Shown here: piece after piece, positions 1 to 14,009 of the stretch | Position numbering within the stretch: position 1 is the first letter of the stretch | How the letters are laid out: the number at the start of each line of letters is the position of its first letter | Source of the DNA: the human T2T-CHM13v2.0 reference genome, Homo sapiens | Length of the DNA: 64,000 bases | NCBI RefSeq assembly: GCF_009914755.1 | Contig: NC_060926.1 | Strand: one strand, 5' to 3' | Translations under genes and position numbers: made by a program | Notes under the pieces: generated by a model | What the model saw: the letters and a program-made list of their open reading frames with translations, nothing else | What the model was told of the DNA's origin: nothing | Databases searched by the model: none

Positions 1-269
1 CAATCTTAAGTGTCACTGAAACTTAATATTTCACTTGTGTTCACTTTAGAAAAAAATATGTAACACACAAGGAAATGATATTAGTTGCATATAAATTGCT
101 TCCCTCCCCCAATCCCACATACTGGTTACTATGAATTTTGAGTTCTGCTACTAACTACATTACCTTTCCCATGTAACATATCCTCATTGAGTTTCATTTT
201 ACTAAGCGTGAATGAAGAGTTTGAAAGCATGCAAAAAAGGATAGCTAACTCTAGAGGAAAAAATGTGCC

Positions 270-700
270 CAAGTCATGAATTGGCATATCAGAAAAGAAA
301 AAATATAAATGGCCAACAAATATGAAACACATTCAATCTTATTAGTAATTAGAAATATGCAAATTAAAACAATATATCACTCTATTTTCATTAGATTATC
401 AAAAATAAACAAGTCTAACAACACTGTTAGTGATGGCACAAAGTAATCAGATATTTTGAACATCACATTGGAATACAATTTGGTACTATCTAGTAAAATT
501 GACATGTCTGTCTTAGAATCTAGCCATTTTACTTCTAGGTATATATTCTTGAGAATCTCTTGATCTGACACACCAGGGGACACACAGAATATTCATAGCA
601 GCATTGTTCATAATAGCAAAAAATTGGAAACAACCCAAATGTCCATCAACTGGAGAATAGATAAATAGTGACAGCCATGTAACAATGAAAAGTCTGGAGA
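270..700 (+). mobile_element. Old L1 (L1M-type) ORF2-end/3' fragment
   Basis: Typical L1 3' motifs such as ATATTCATAGCAGCATTGTTCATAATAGCAAAAAATTGGAAACAACCCAAATGTCCATCAAC. Confidence 0.75.
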
Positions 701-856
701 AGAGAGATGCACAGACAATAGAAATCTGCAAGTCTTCAGCACGTAGATGGTAATTCAGACTTTAAGCCTGAAAGAAATAATCCATGGAGCCCTGTAGCGT
801 GAGAAGAGAAATGGGTGAAGAGTGACAGAGGAAGAGGGGCTGAGATATTCTTCTCA

Positions 857-1414
<558 letters not shown>

Positions 1415-2496
1415 CTATATATTTTATTCACTTTACTAGAATATAGTAAATTAAATTCTAGAGCCTTCTTGAAAACAGAGGTTATGCTTCTTGCCCAGTA
1501 GTAACTTGAATATATACTCTGGATTCTGATTTACCCACTATATGGTGTTCTTTCCTTGTAGATGCTAAGGCAATTCTTCATTGAATTATTGGATCAAACA
1601 GTTGAAGAAAACTAAGGAAACTACTTGAAGAGATTACATTTTATTGACACCAGGGACAGATTACATCACCAAAAAAAAAAAAAAAATTTTATGGCAATAT
1701 CAGTAGTGCCTTTTAAATTAAATGACAAATTGGAAGTGTTTAACAACATATGGTTGCTTTTCCTTGACATATATGATTAAGAATATATCTCTTTATCAAA
1801 ATGTAAAATACCATCTGGCAGAAGTAACAATTATTCTATTGGCCTTATACATTAACTTAATTCACTGTACTTTAATATGTAAATATTTTCCTATTTTTTC
1901 TTTTTCTTTTGCTGGATCTATATTTATTTATAATACTCAAAAACTATGTAACTCAAAAAACATAATTAAATATGACAAAGCTGATTTTAATTTTTGAACA
2001 GAAAACAATGCATTTCTTAAACATTCAGTTTCTTAAACATTTCTTAAAAATTCAAATGGCAACAGCCCTTTTTGATATTCATAATTGTAAATCTGGGTAA
2101 TCTGAAAATTTACTCTTACAATTTCTTACTAGACATTTAGTCATACTTTGTATATGAAAGGAGCTGTCCTTAGAGCTCTTTATAAATAGGAAGAAATATT
2201 TACAGTAAGGTTGATGGATTTTAAGGTTTGTAACATGTATGTAGTAACGCCACTAGTCAGTCCTTCATTTAATAAACTTGCCAGATTCAGTGGATACCAA
2301 ATGAGCAGGAAGGCTTCTCTTTGACACAACACAACGTACATTACATATTTAATAATGTGAACTCTTGTCATTTTATGATTTTAGAAAACTAAATATTTTA
2401 GAAAATTAAATATTTCACAATTCTGTGCACTGAGGTGGTTTCCAAAGCTATCTTGGGTCTAACCCAAACAATAATTGCTTTAAGCATTAGCATGTG

Positions 2497-2789
2497 GGCT
2501 GGGAGCTGTGGCTCACACCTGTAATCCCAGCACTTTGGGAGGCTGAAGTGGGAGGGTCACTTGAGCCCAGAGTTCGAAACCAGCCTGGGCAACATGGCAA
2601 AACCCTGTCTCTACTAGAAATATAAAAAAATTAGCTGGCATGGTGGTGCACACCTCTAATTTCTGCTACGTGGTAGGCTGAGGCACGAGAATCGCTTGAA
2701 CTGGGGAGACAGAGGTTGCAGTGAGTCAAGATCGTGCTACTGCACCCTAGCCTGGGTGACGGTGTGAGACTGTCTCAAGAAAAAAAAAA
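2497..2789 (+). mobile_element. Alu (AluJ-like)
   Basis: Dimeric Alu; TSD AAGCATT(A/G)GCATGT. Confidence 0.93.
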
Positions 2790-4061
2790 GCATTGGCATG
2801 TAATATTCGTATCAGTTATGTAGCTATATGAATTGCATAAATTTGCTTGTTTTTTTGTTTTTAAGGAATTGATTATTTCAAGAGGAGTTATATCTGGATT
2901 TAAAATGTTCCTGATCTTTTAAAGTATTCTTAGCAAGCAAAGTATCTGGACAAGTACCTTCAATATCCAACATTAATTGTAAATATCTACTATGACCAGG
3001 CCATGCTCCCCGCTGTTAAGAATTTTAAAGTTTAGATGGTAAGGCAGACAAGTAAATCAAGGATTACAGAGTAGGGCTATAGGGCAGGATTATATGAGAG
3101 GGTATTGACTGATCAACACCCTCCAGCAAAATGTGGGAAAGAGTGTGGTGATAGCAGATGGGAGAAAAGACATTCAGAGTGGAGAAACAGTAGGTCTGAA
3201 GATTCTAAGGCATATGACAGCATGATTTAATAGCAAATACTTTGGTATGGCTAAAAGAATGGGGGAAAATAACAACTTTGAGGTTTTTTCTTTTAAATCA
3301 ACTTTATGGAGGCATAAATAATCAACCATAAATGCACCCATTTTTAGTGTACAATTTGGTGAGTTTTGACAAACTATCACCACGATAAAAATATAGAACA
3401 TTTTTAACAAACCAAAAAGTTCCCTCATGCCCCTGTGCAGTTAATCCTCCCACCTAACTCTACTATGAACCACAAAGACAACAACTGATTTGCTTTCTGT
3501 CACTGCCTATTTGACTTGATTTGTTTACAGTCCTTTTAAGGGGTATTGTACAGTATGCACTTTCACATCTTACTTTTCCGCAGCGTGATGTTTTTGAAAT
3601 TCATCCTTGTTCTTGCATATATTAGTAGTTTCCTTTTTATTGTTAATATTGCATTGTAAAGACATACCAGACGTTATTTATTCACCAGCTGGCAAACATT
3701 TAGATTGTGTCCAGTTTAGGGCTTTTATTAGTAAAGTTGCTATGAACTGTTGCGGTCAAGAGTCTTGGTGTGGGCACATGTTTGTATTTATTTTTGGTAA
3801 ATATAAAGTGGGACTGCTAGGTCAAATGATAATTGCATTTTTGTTTTTTAAATATCAGGACAATTTCTAAAGTGGTTGTGCTATTTTAGTGACTATTTAG
3901 ATCGTACTTTTTTTCATCCTTTTACTTTCAACCTGTGTCACTGAATCTAAAGTGTAACTCTGTGGATAGATATAGCTAGATATTTTTTTTTAAGTGTATT
4001 CTGTCAATCTCTACCTTTTAATTGGAGTTTTTATTCCATTTATATTTAATATACTGACTGA

Positions 4062-4818
4062 TGTGAATCCTGAAAGAGCTAATCTTTCAAGATGGATCCT
4101 GAGTGGCTAACTGGTCCTAAATTCAAAATGGAGCCAAGCAGCCATTTGCTGACTGGAGGTCACACATGTACTCTGTATTCTGAAGAGAACCAACAAGCTT
4201 ATGAGACTTTGGGTCATTCATGGCTGTCTGTTCCTGTTTACACTGCCTCAATCAACAACTGCTAGAAAGTCTCTTTTCACCACCTGGACCTAACTGATAC
4301 ACTGTGACCTGCATCAACCAATCAAAACTAAACAAGCTTTTATTCCTCATTTGCATAGCAAAGCAGAGGGGGAACCTGGGTGCGAACTTTCTCTAAAGAA
4401 GACAATCCTTTTTGTTTTCTTGAATAACACCTTTGTTTGGTACAAAAGACTACAAACTATTCACTGGAATAAAGTCTCTCTTTTTTTTTTTTTTTTGTGA
4501 CAGGGTCTCACTGTGTCACCAAGGCTGGAGTGTAGTGGCATGATCGGGGCTCACTTCGGACTTGATTTCCTGGACTCAAGCGATCCTCCTACCTCAGCTG
4601 CCTAAGCAGTTGGGACTACAGGCATGTGCCACCACACCTGGCTAATTTTTTGTATTTTTTAGTGGAGATGGGGTTTTAGAATGTTGCCCAGGCTCGTCTC
4701 AAACTCCTGTACTCAAGCAATCTTCCAGCCTTGGCCTCTCAAAGTGCTGTGATTACAGGTGTGAGCCACTGCGCCCAGCCTCTTTCCTTTTTAAGGAAAA
4801 TCCTTTGGATTGTTGACA
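4062..4818 (+). mobile_element. Solo LTR (ERV1 class, possibly LTR15-like) with an Alu inserted near its 3' end
   Basis: TG...CA termini (TGTGAA at 4062, TTGACA at 4818), internal CCAATC and AATAAA (~4468). The family name is recalled and uncertain. Confidence 0.6.
4481..4780 (-). mobile_element. Alu (AluJ-like)
   Basis: Poly-T followed by reverse-complement Alu dimer. Confidence 0.93.
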
Positions 4819-6764
4819 TCGACAAGGTAGAATTTACATTTGTCATTTTGCGATGTTTTCTTTATGTCCTGTGTCTTTTTTATTCCTCTATTTCTTAATT
4901 CCTGCTGCCTTTTGTTGTGTTAAATATATATTTTCAAGTATGCCATTTTAATTTCCTTGTCCTTTATTCATATATTTTAAAAGTATTTTCTTAGCAGTTG
5001 CTCTGGGGATTATAATTAACAAGTTATAACAATCTAGTTTGGATTAATAACAACTTTATTTCAATAGTACACAAAGACTTGCTACTATATGGCTTCGTTC
5101 CTCCATTATTCTTTCCCTCCTTCCTCTCCCTTCTGTTACTGTCATATTAATATCTTACAATAAGCCCATACAGACTTATAATTATTGCTTCACGCAATTG
5201 TCTTTTAAATAAAATAGAAAAATGAGTCACAAATAAAAAATTATACTTTTATATTTACTTATGTAGTTAGTTTTACAAGTGTTCTTTATTCCTTCATGTG
5301 GATTTGAATTACTGTCTAGTGTCAATTTAATTCTGAAGGACTCCCTTTAGTATTTCTTGCAAGGAAAATGTCCTAGTGACAAATTCTATCTTTGTATATA
5401 CATACATTTTGGGAAAGTATTAATACCGCCTTCATTTTTGAAGGATAGTTTTGCTGGAGGTAAAATTCTTACTTGATGATCTTTTTCTTTCAGCATGTTG
5501 AGTATGTCATCCCCTGCCTTTTGGCTTTCATGGCATCAACTGTAAATCTTATGGAGGATTATGTGATGAGTGGCTTCTCTCTTTGTGGCTTTTCTTCTTG
5601 AAAGTGGCCACTTTCAAGAGTCTCTCTTTGCCCTTGACTTTTAATCGGTTAATTACAATGTGTTGAGGTGTGGATTTGTTTATGTCACTTGGCATTTGTT
5701 AAGCTTCTTGGATGTGTCGATAAATATTTCTCATTAAATTTAGGAAGTTTTTGGCCATTCTTTTATTCAAGTATTATGCCTGCCCTTTTCTTTTTCTCCT
5801 CTCCTTCTGAAACTCCCATTACGCGCACGTTGGTGTGCTTGATTGTGTCCCACAGGACTTTGAGGCCTGTTGATGTTTCTTCTTTCTCTTTTCAATCTGT
5901 TGCCCAGACTAGATCATCTCAACTGACCTATATTGAAGTTTGCTGATTTTTTTTTTCTCCCTGCTCAAATCTGGGGTTGAGCCCCTCTAGTAAACTTTTC
6001 ACTTTATTATACCTTTTTGTTATTTTATTTTTTTTAAAAAATTTAAAATTTGTCTCCGTCATGGCATATTATACTTTTTAACTCCAGAATTATTTGGGTT
6101 TTAAAAAATGATTTGTCTTTATCATCTATTTGATGAAACATCTCATACTTTCCTCTAGTTCTTTAGACATGGTTTCCTTTAGCTTTGTAACATATTGAAA
6201 ATATCTGATTTAAAGCCTTTTTATCTAGTAAGTCCAGCATGTAGGCTTCCTCGGGTGAGTTTCTATTGATTAATTTTTATCCTGTGTATGAGCCATACAT
6301 TCTTGTTTCTTTGCATGTATCTTAACTATTTTGAAAACTGAACATTTTAAATAATATAATGTGCAACACTGGAAATCAGATTCTACCCGCTCCCCAAGCT
6401 TCACTGTTATTTCTGTTTGTTGTAGCAGTTGTTGATTTAGTGACTTTTCTGAACTCATTCTTTTTTTTTTTTTTTAGAGATAGGGTCTGAGTTGGTGACT
6501 CAAGGGATCCTCTGGCCTTAGTTTACCGAGTAGCTGGGACTACACGTGTGCCACCGCACCTAGCTTATGAATGAATTCTTTAAAGTCTGCATTGTTTATT
6601 GTGTGTGACCACTCAGGTTTCTGCTCAGTTAGCTTAGTGGTCAACTAATGATTAGAGAGACAGGTTTTCTTAAACACCTTCAACCAAAAAATCTCCCAGT
6701 CTTTCCTGAGGGGTTTAGTACTTACGTTGGGACAAGCCTTCAACAATCAGCCAAGCACTTTACA

Positions 6765-6828
6765 TTAGGTTGGTACCAAAGTAATTTCGTTGAAATGACA
6801 AAACCGCAATTTTTTGCACCAACCAACC
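6765..6828. mobile_element. MADE1-like mariner MITE (degenerate, internally deleted)
   Basis: TTAGGTTGGTACCAAAGTAATT...CGCAATTTTTTGCACCAACC inverted ends match MADE1/Hsmar1 TIRs. Confidence 0.75.
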
Positions 6829-7246
6829 AAATAATTCTGCCTTAGCCTTCACTTCTTGCTTCTGTAGTGCCTCAAGGTCACCCAGAGGTTAGAGCTCAGG
6901 GCCTTCTCAGGCCTATCTTGAGTGTTCACATAACCCTAGACATATGCACACCCTAAGCACCTTCTACAGTCTCAGGAATATGTTAGCGTTTTTCAAAGCC
7001 CTATGGACATCTTATTCCCCAGCTAAATACTTTAGTATGGCTGGAGCAAAAGGTGCTCCAAACAAAGTTTAAGGGTTTTTTTTTTTTTTGACCTTTATAA
7101 TGAATGTTATGGGGAGCCACTAGTGGAATTTTAAATAAAGAAGGAGCATGACTACATATAGCACAAAAATTTTTACCAGTGAGGTGGAGAATGGATTAAA
7201 AGGAATCAGACCGAAGGCGGAAAGATCAAAGAGCATTCTAAAAAAG

Positions 7247-7512
7247 TAGCCTGGGGAACATGGTGAAATCCTGTCTCTACTAAAAAAATAAAATAAATAA
7301 AAACATAAATAAAAATTAACTGGGCATGGTGGCAAGCGCCTGTAGCCCTAGCTACCTAGGAGGCTGAAGTGGGAGGGTTGCCTGAGCCCGGGGACGGGAT
7401 GTTGCAGTGAGCCCAGATGGCGCCACTGCACTCCAGCCTGCGTGACAAAGCAAGACCCTAACTCAAAAATGCATTAATAAATAAATACATATAAAATAAA
7501 ATAAAATAAAAA
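7247..7512 (+). mobile_element. 5'-truncated Alu (AluJ-like) with (AAAT)n-type tail
   Basis: Begins at AGCCTGGGGAACATGGTGAAA; right arm complete. Confidence 0.88.
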
Positions 7513-8459
7513 AGAAGTGAGGAAGGTCTGAGTTAAGGCCAAAGTGGGGAGTATTTAGAAGGGGAAGTGGTGGATTGGAAAAGCTGTTATGGAGATTACA
7601 CATTTCATGGTTTCTACAGTGGGGAGAGATGAAAAAGAGGCAAGTGTTCATACTCTTAAGTTTCTGATTAGGAAAATTATTTGGAGGACGGGGCTACTCA
7701 CCCCCTCCTCCCATAAAAAATGAATAGAGAGGCATAGGTTTGGGGGGGAAGCATAAAGATGTGGATCCAAATATTACCTATGAGTAAAATAATCTTTGTG
7801 TTTTTAAAGGTATTAATATCTTAAAGCAATTGTGCTACTCAAATCACAGTTTGGATCCAGGCGCTGTAATCTTTCCTCACCCTCTGTCCAGTAGATTCAT
7901 CACCATTCTCGATTTAGGAATGCTTTAAAGATGCTTGTTATTTGGAACATATTTGAGAAAGTGACAGGAACGTGGCAAACAAGCTGCCTTAAACAGAGAC
8001 TGTACCTAGACCTAGAGTGTAATATCAACTTGTCAAGTATATCTTCTGCAACTTTGCTTTTTGAAAGCCTAGCACAAAGTAGATCATGAGTAAAATGTGA
8101 TTGCCGATAATTACATGGAGAAATGTGAATAAATGACTCTTTAAACCCTGTAAACTAAACTCGGCTTAAAATAGGTGGTTTGAACATTTGGGAAACCTTA
8201 GTTTTCCCTGAAATCCAATCCTTGCAAAGCAATAATGACAAGAGGTGGATAAAGCGGACTTACAGAAAAGGGCGTCTTACCGGTCCCCTCTAATCACACC
8301 ATCCCCCCTCTTTTAAAAAAATTTTCTTCTCAGATAACCAAGTTAAATCTAGCTCAAATGAACCTTTTAGTTTTTGAGGAGGGCAATAATAGTAGTGAAC
8401 ACCAAAACGAAAGGGGATCTGGGCTTCAAAATACTAACAGTTCTATTTCCTAGCCAGTC

Positions 8460-9060
8460 GTCTCCCGGGCTGGATGTGCCGCCGTCCCAGATCTCAGCGG
8501 CGGCCGCAGAGCGCAGAGGTAGGGAGAGAAAAAGGAGGCGTCGGCGGGGCGCGAGCGACCAGGGCGCTAAGTGCCGCCTCACAGTCCTGCCAGAGACAGG
8601 AGACGCCGGGCCGCCCGCGCCGTCTGTCCCAAGAGCTCCTCCTGGACATCCGCTTGACTCTCCGTCGTCTCCAATTGGCCGTCGGGGAACGGAAGCCGAA
8701 GCAAACTAGTGAACCCGGAAGTGCTTCGCGGCGGAGGCCCGGGCAACTCTTTTGAATGGAATCGGGCTGATTCATCGCCGGTTTGCAGACTGAGCCGCGT
8801 CGGGTGTGCGCCGCTGCTGCTGTTGCCTCTGTCTTCGCGTCACCACAGAGGCAAGACAAGGGTCCATATCGCGGCATCCGGCTCCCGCCCGTCTTCAGGT
8901 AAGACCCAGAAGGCAGGCCTGGGAGGTCTGGGGAGGCAGCCGTGCTAGGCCGCCGCCAGCCCCGTGCTTTCCTGAGTCACGTTGCCCAGCTGAGTTGCCA
9001 CAGGAGGCCTGGGCCGCGAGGGAGGAGCCCGGCCTCCTTCATTCTCTTCGCCTGCTCTCA
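8460..9060. promoter_or_regulatory. PSMD14: CpG-island promoter of PSMD14 (TATA-less; CCAAT and ETS motifs)
   Basis: Sharp GC/CpG-rich island in AT-rich background. Palindromic CCAATTGG at 8671-8678, ETS/GABP-type CCGGAAGT at 8715-8722, AP-1 TGAGTCA at 8973-8979. The island spans a strong splice donor at 8899. Confidence 0.9.
8720..8898 (+). other. PSMD14: PSMD14 exon 1 (5' UTR); start position approximate
   Basis: Ends at consensus donor TTCAG|GTAAGA (GT at 8899-8900) within the CpG island. The TSS is inferred near the ETS motif and is not directly visible. Confidence 0.8.
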
Positions 9061-10167
9061 GGGCTCTCTGGCAGGGTCAGGTCTGGATGTCGCCTCCTTT
9101 CTCCATTCTTTTCTGTTTGGCCGAATTCACATCATGGGAACCTCTTCCATCTATATAGAGAGAATCCTTGTTTATGGCCTGTTTGTCTGTGCTCTATCCA
9201 TAGTTGTTAACCGGTCTGCTTTGAAGTTTTTCAAAGCAGACCGGGAAAACAAGGGAGAGAGAGTAGAATTAACTTTCCCATTGAATACGTTTGTTTTATC
9301 TCTTGTCCTTCCTGTAAGCCTTAACCCTTTTTCTGTTAGTGTTAGGTTTTCAGCTCCCTCCAAAAAGTAAACAAAAGTCCTGCAGATACACTGCTTTTGG
9401 ACCTTGAATATCTTAAAAACAAAGTGTGCTACTATGGCTGTTAACTTACTTTCAATATCATACTAATTGAGTAATTGTTGGTAAATTGATTACATTTCTC
9501 GTTTTAAGTAAAGTAGAAATCTGCTACCGTATGTTACATCTTGCAACTTAATTTTCCTGGGGATGTAGCTCTGTGTCTGTCAAAAGAAAAAGAATGTAAA
9601 CTTTTGAGTCTATAAACCTAGTGACTGAAGGAAAAATTCTCGAGAAAATAAATGGTAATATAAGTTGATAAAATATTATGGAAAGGCAGGGGAAAGGGTT
9701 TAAAAATGAGCATAAAATAGAGTTATAGTGTGAAAGTGATTTTGTTCCACTGGTCACAAGTGTTTTTTTAGTGCTTCTGACTTAATGTGTTTGAGAAAAG
9801 CAGCAAGACATGCACTGATACTGTAGAAATAACAAAAACATGAACACAGTTTTAGTGGAGATGATTAATATAATGGTGGCCTTCCTGTCACGTAAGGCTA
9901 CCTACCAGCTGACTCATTTGAAGTTTAGAGGTTAAGATATATAGTGGTTCTGAATTAACTACAGTTAAGGTGTGTTTAGTGAAGTGCTATTTAGTGAAAA
10001 AGGCTAAATGTTGTCTTGAATTTGTCCCTAAATCTTGCCAAGGGAAGAAAGTTTTCAAGTGATGATCTTTTATTGATGCTTCACCTGTTGACTTTGGGAG
10101 TTTTTGGTTTTTTGTTTTTTTTTCAGCCTAAAGTGCTTGGTAAATAATACATTGCCATTTTAATTTA

Positions 10168-10460
10168 GGCCGGGTGCGGTGGCTCACACCTGTAATCCCA
10201 GCACTTTGGGAGGCTGAGGTGGGCAGATCATGAGATGATCCAGCCTGGCCAAGACTAGCCTGGCTAACATAGTGAAAACCCGTCTCTACTAAAAGTATAA
10301 AAAAATCAGCCGGGCATGGTGGCACGTGCCTGTATTCCCAGCTACCTCAGGAGGCTGGAGGTGGAACCTGGGAGGTGGAGGTTGCAGTGAGCCAAGATCG
10401 CGCAACTGCACTCCAGCTTGGGCAACAGAGTGAGACTTTGTCTCAAAAAAAAGAGAAAAA
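10168..10460 (+). mobile_element. Alu
   Basis: GGCCGGGTGCGGTGGCTCAC...GTCTCAAAAAAA. Confidence 0.93.
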
Positions 10461-11235
10461 GCTGAATTTTAATCTGTTTGACATGGGTTCATCTTATTTT
10501 CATACTGGCCATGTAAACCATGTGCTTGTTAATATATAGTTTGTGAACCATATGTATGAAAGTCAATAAATATTATTGCTGTTGTTATTGTTATTATCTT
10601 AGAAGTGGAAGAGATTAATCTAGTCCTCTTATTTCAGTAACAAGAAGCAACTGTGCTTTTTTAATTTTCAATTTTGTAGTAACGTTCATTTAATAATTCA
10701 GTGTCCACCTGTGAAAGCCTTGCCTGAATATCCATGTGATTTCTTGCTCAGGAACTTGTCATATTCCCTGTTTGTTGCAGTCATTTTGACATTTCATATT
10801 CTGCTTTGTGTGTGATACTTTGGTGACCTTATTTGTGAAATGGGAGAACTTGATTAAATAATCTCTTCTAGTTCTAAAATGATAATAATAACAATTATAA
10901 CAAGAATAGCAACGACAACATTTATTGAGTACCTTGGATGTTCCAGGCACTATAAATTGCTTTGGACGTATTTTTACAACAGACTTGCAAAGTAGATGTT
11001 ATCCCCACTTTATAAATGAGGTCTAGAGTCTAGAAGAGGGTAAAAATTAGTGTCATATAGTGAGTAGGTGGTGACGCCGGATTCAAATTGAGGTCAACTG
11101 GTTCAAGAGCCTTTTTCACTCTACACTGCTGTCCTTTCCCTTTACATATTTTTTATGGGTTTGTGTCAAGCTGCTTCTACCCACCTGCCCCGATAGATTA
11201 TAAATTCTCTCAGTGCATGCCACTAAATTTCTTGA

Positions 11236-11866
11236 GTCAGCCCTCCATATCTTTGGGTTCCGCATCTGTAGATTCAACCAACTACAAATTGAAAATATTT
11301 GGAAAAAAGTTGCATCTAGGCCAGGCGTGGTGGCTCACGCCTGTAATCCCAGCACTTTGGGAGGCTGAGGCTCAGGATCACCTGAGGTCAGGAGTTCCAG
11401 TCTGGCCAACATGGCGAAACCCCTTCTCTACTAAAAATACAAAAATACAAAAATTAGCCGGGCACGGGGGCGTGTGCCTGTAATCCCAGCTACTGGACAG
11501 GCTGAGGAAGGAGAATCGTTTGAACCTTGGAGGCAGAGGTTTCAGTGAGCTGAGATTGCGACACTACACTCCAGCCTGGGCAACAGAGCGAGACTCTGTC
11601 TCAAAAAAGGAAAAAAAAAATTGCATCTATATTGAACATGTATAGACATTTTTTTTCATTATTCCCTAAGCAATATAGTATAACTATTTGTATTGTATTT
11701 AATTGTATTAGTTATTATGAGTAATCTAAAAATGATTTTAAAGTATATAGGAGGATGTGCATAGGTTATATGCAAATAGGGTACTATGCCATTTTATATG
11801 AGAGACTTGTGTATCCATGATTTTGGTATCCTGGAACCAATTCCCCACAGATACAGATGGATGCTG
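11236..11866 (-). mobile_element. MER2 (TcMar-Tigger) split by an Alu
   Basis: AGTCAGCCCTCCATATC...GGAACCAATTCCCCACAGATAC matches MER2 ends; the Alu TSD TTGCATCTA rejoins the two halves. Confidence 0.8.
11319..11620 (+). mobile_element. Alu (AluS-like) nested in MER2
   Basis: Full dimer with TSD TTGCATCTA. Confidence 0.95.
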
Positions 11867-11919
11867 AAATTAGGAGACTCCATAATAGATTATTATGATG
11901 AGTCTGTTCTCACTCTTCC

Positions 11920-12207
11920 TTTTTTTTTTTTTTTTTTTTTTTGAGATGAAACCTTGCTCTGTTGCCCAGGCTGGAGTGCAGTGGCGTGATCTTGGCTCAC
12001 TGCAGCCTCCACCTCCCAGGCTGCCTCAGCCTGCCTAGCTGGGATTACAGGTGCCTGCCATCACGCCCGGCTAGTTTTTATATTTTTAGTAGAGACCAGG
12101 TTTCGCCATGTTGGCCAGGCTGGTCTCAAACTCCTGACCTCAGGTGATCCAACCGCCTCGGCCTCCCAAAGAGCTGGGATTACAGGTGTGAGCCACCGTG
12201 CCCAGCC
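11920..12207 (-). mobile_element. Alu (AluS-like)
   Basis: Poly-T, reverse Alu, TSD TTCTCACTCTTC. Confidence 0.95.
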
Positions 12208-12431
12208 ACCATTCTCACTCTTCTAAGTTGCGGAAATCTTGCTTTCAAAATCCTATTTATATAATTAAATTTAATGTTGACTCACTCACGATCTTCCACT
12301 GGAAAAAAGTCCTTAAGAAAGTGAGAATATGAAGTTTTAACTACTTTGCACAAATAAGAAAACAGAGGAATTAGAAATACAGTAAGATAACAAATACGGA
12401 GTAGCTTGAAAAGGATTGAGCATCAGTCTGA

Positions 12432-12736
<305 letters not shown>

Positions 12737-13269
12737 AAAAATTGATTTATTTTAAATCCAGCATGGACATGATCTAGCAATATCAGGTTCTAATCAGACA
12801 TAAAGTGAGAAAGAAAAAGTGGAAAGTAATCAACTTTTGAAAGTACTGATACCTTTTTTGTACTATTTTTACCAGTTAGGATTCTAAATATTATTGTATG
12901 TATGACATTATGTTAGGTATAAACACTTTATTCATATTGTCTGATAATATTTTCCATAAAGTTAATTATATCATGAATGAGCTTTTGAGTCTTCTACTTT
13001 TTGATAGCTGTAAAAACTTGGTTTAGATCCATCGACCTTTTTATTGCTTTTATTTCTAAGAATTGAAAGTGTTCCCTTTTATGTTAAGTATAACACATTC
13101 ACTTTGTGAGTCTTTCTGCTAAATTCTGCGAAATGCAAGTCCCTATCTCCAGTGTGATTTAGTAATGTGAAATATGCCCAGCATTTTGAAACCCAGTAAG
13201 TGGCAAACTATGTGAGGAAGAAGGATCTGTGTTGGTAGCCATGCTCAGGATGGGGTTGCCAATGACAGT

Positions 13270-13500
13270 AGCTAGTGTTTATTATATGCTTACTATATGA
13301 TAAGCATTGTGTTAAATGTTTTTTTTTGTGTCCATTGTTTTTGTTAATCTAAACGGCTCTGTGAGATAGATCTCCATTTTGCAGATGAGGAAACTGAGGA
13401 GGAGAGAGGTAAGTTACTCAAGGACAGGGAACTTGTAAGTGTCAGAGCCAGTATTTGAATCTGGCACTCTGACTGTAGAGTCATAGTACTTGACTCTCAT
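13270..13500. mobile_element. MIR
   Basis: MIR core CCATTTTGCAGATGAGGAAACTGAGG. Confidence 0.75.
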
Positions 13501-13624
13501 GTACCAGGCAAAATAGTCATTAGTCATCGCCATTTACCATCTAGGTCCAGTAGACCATAAAAGGATAGTGAAAAAACAACTGTATTAGAAATGTTAGTAA
13601 AGCTTAAACATAGCAAATACAAAT

Positions 13625-14009
<385 letters not shown>

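Larger units (their letters stand above)
3290..7020 (-). mobile_element. Degenerate L1M fragments interrupted by an LTR, Alus and a MADE1
   Basis: Antisense L1 3'-end and ORF2-region motifs throughout, for example TTTTTGAAGGATAGTTTTGCTGG. Boundaries approximate. Confidence 0.65.

Noticed and set aside
1545-1690. Acceptor-like TTTCCTTGTAG followed by a segment ending in an A-run (possible exon or retro-fragment)
   Set aside because: No sustained ORF, no TSD, no clear donor or canonical poly(A) signal; it cannot be supported.
8367-9370. Many overlapping ORFs at the CpG island
   Set aside because: Stop-poor GC-rich DNA, mostly non-ATG starts, several crossing the exon 1 donor; none resembles a protein I recognise.
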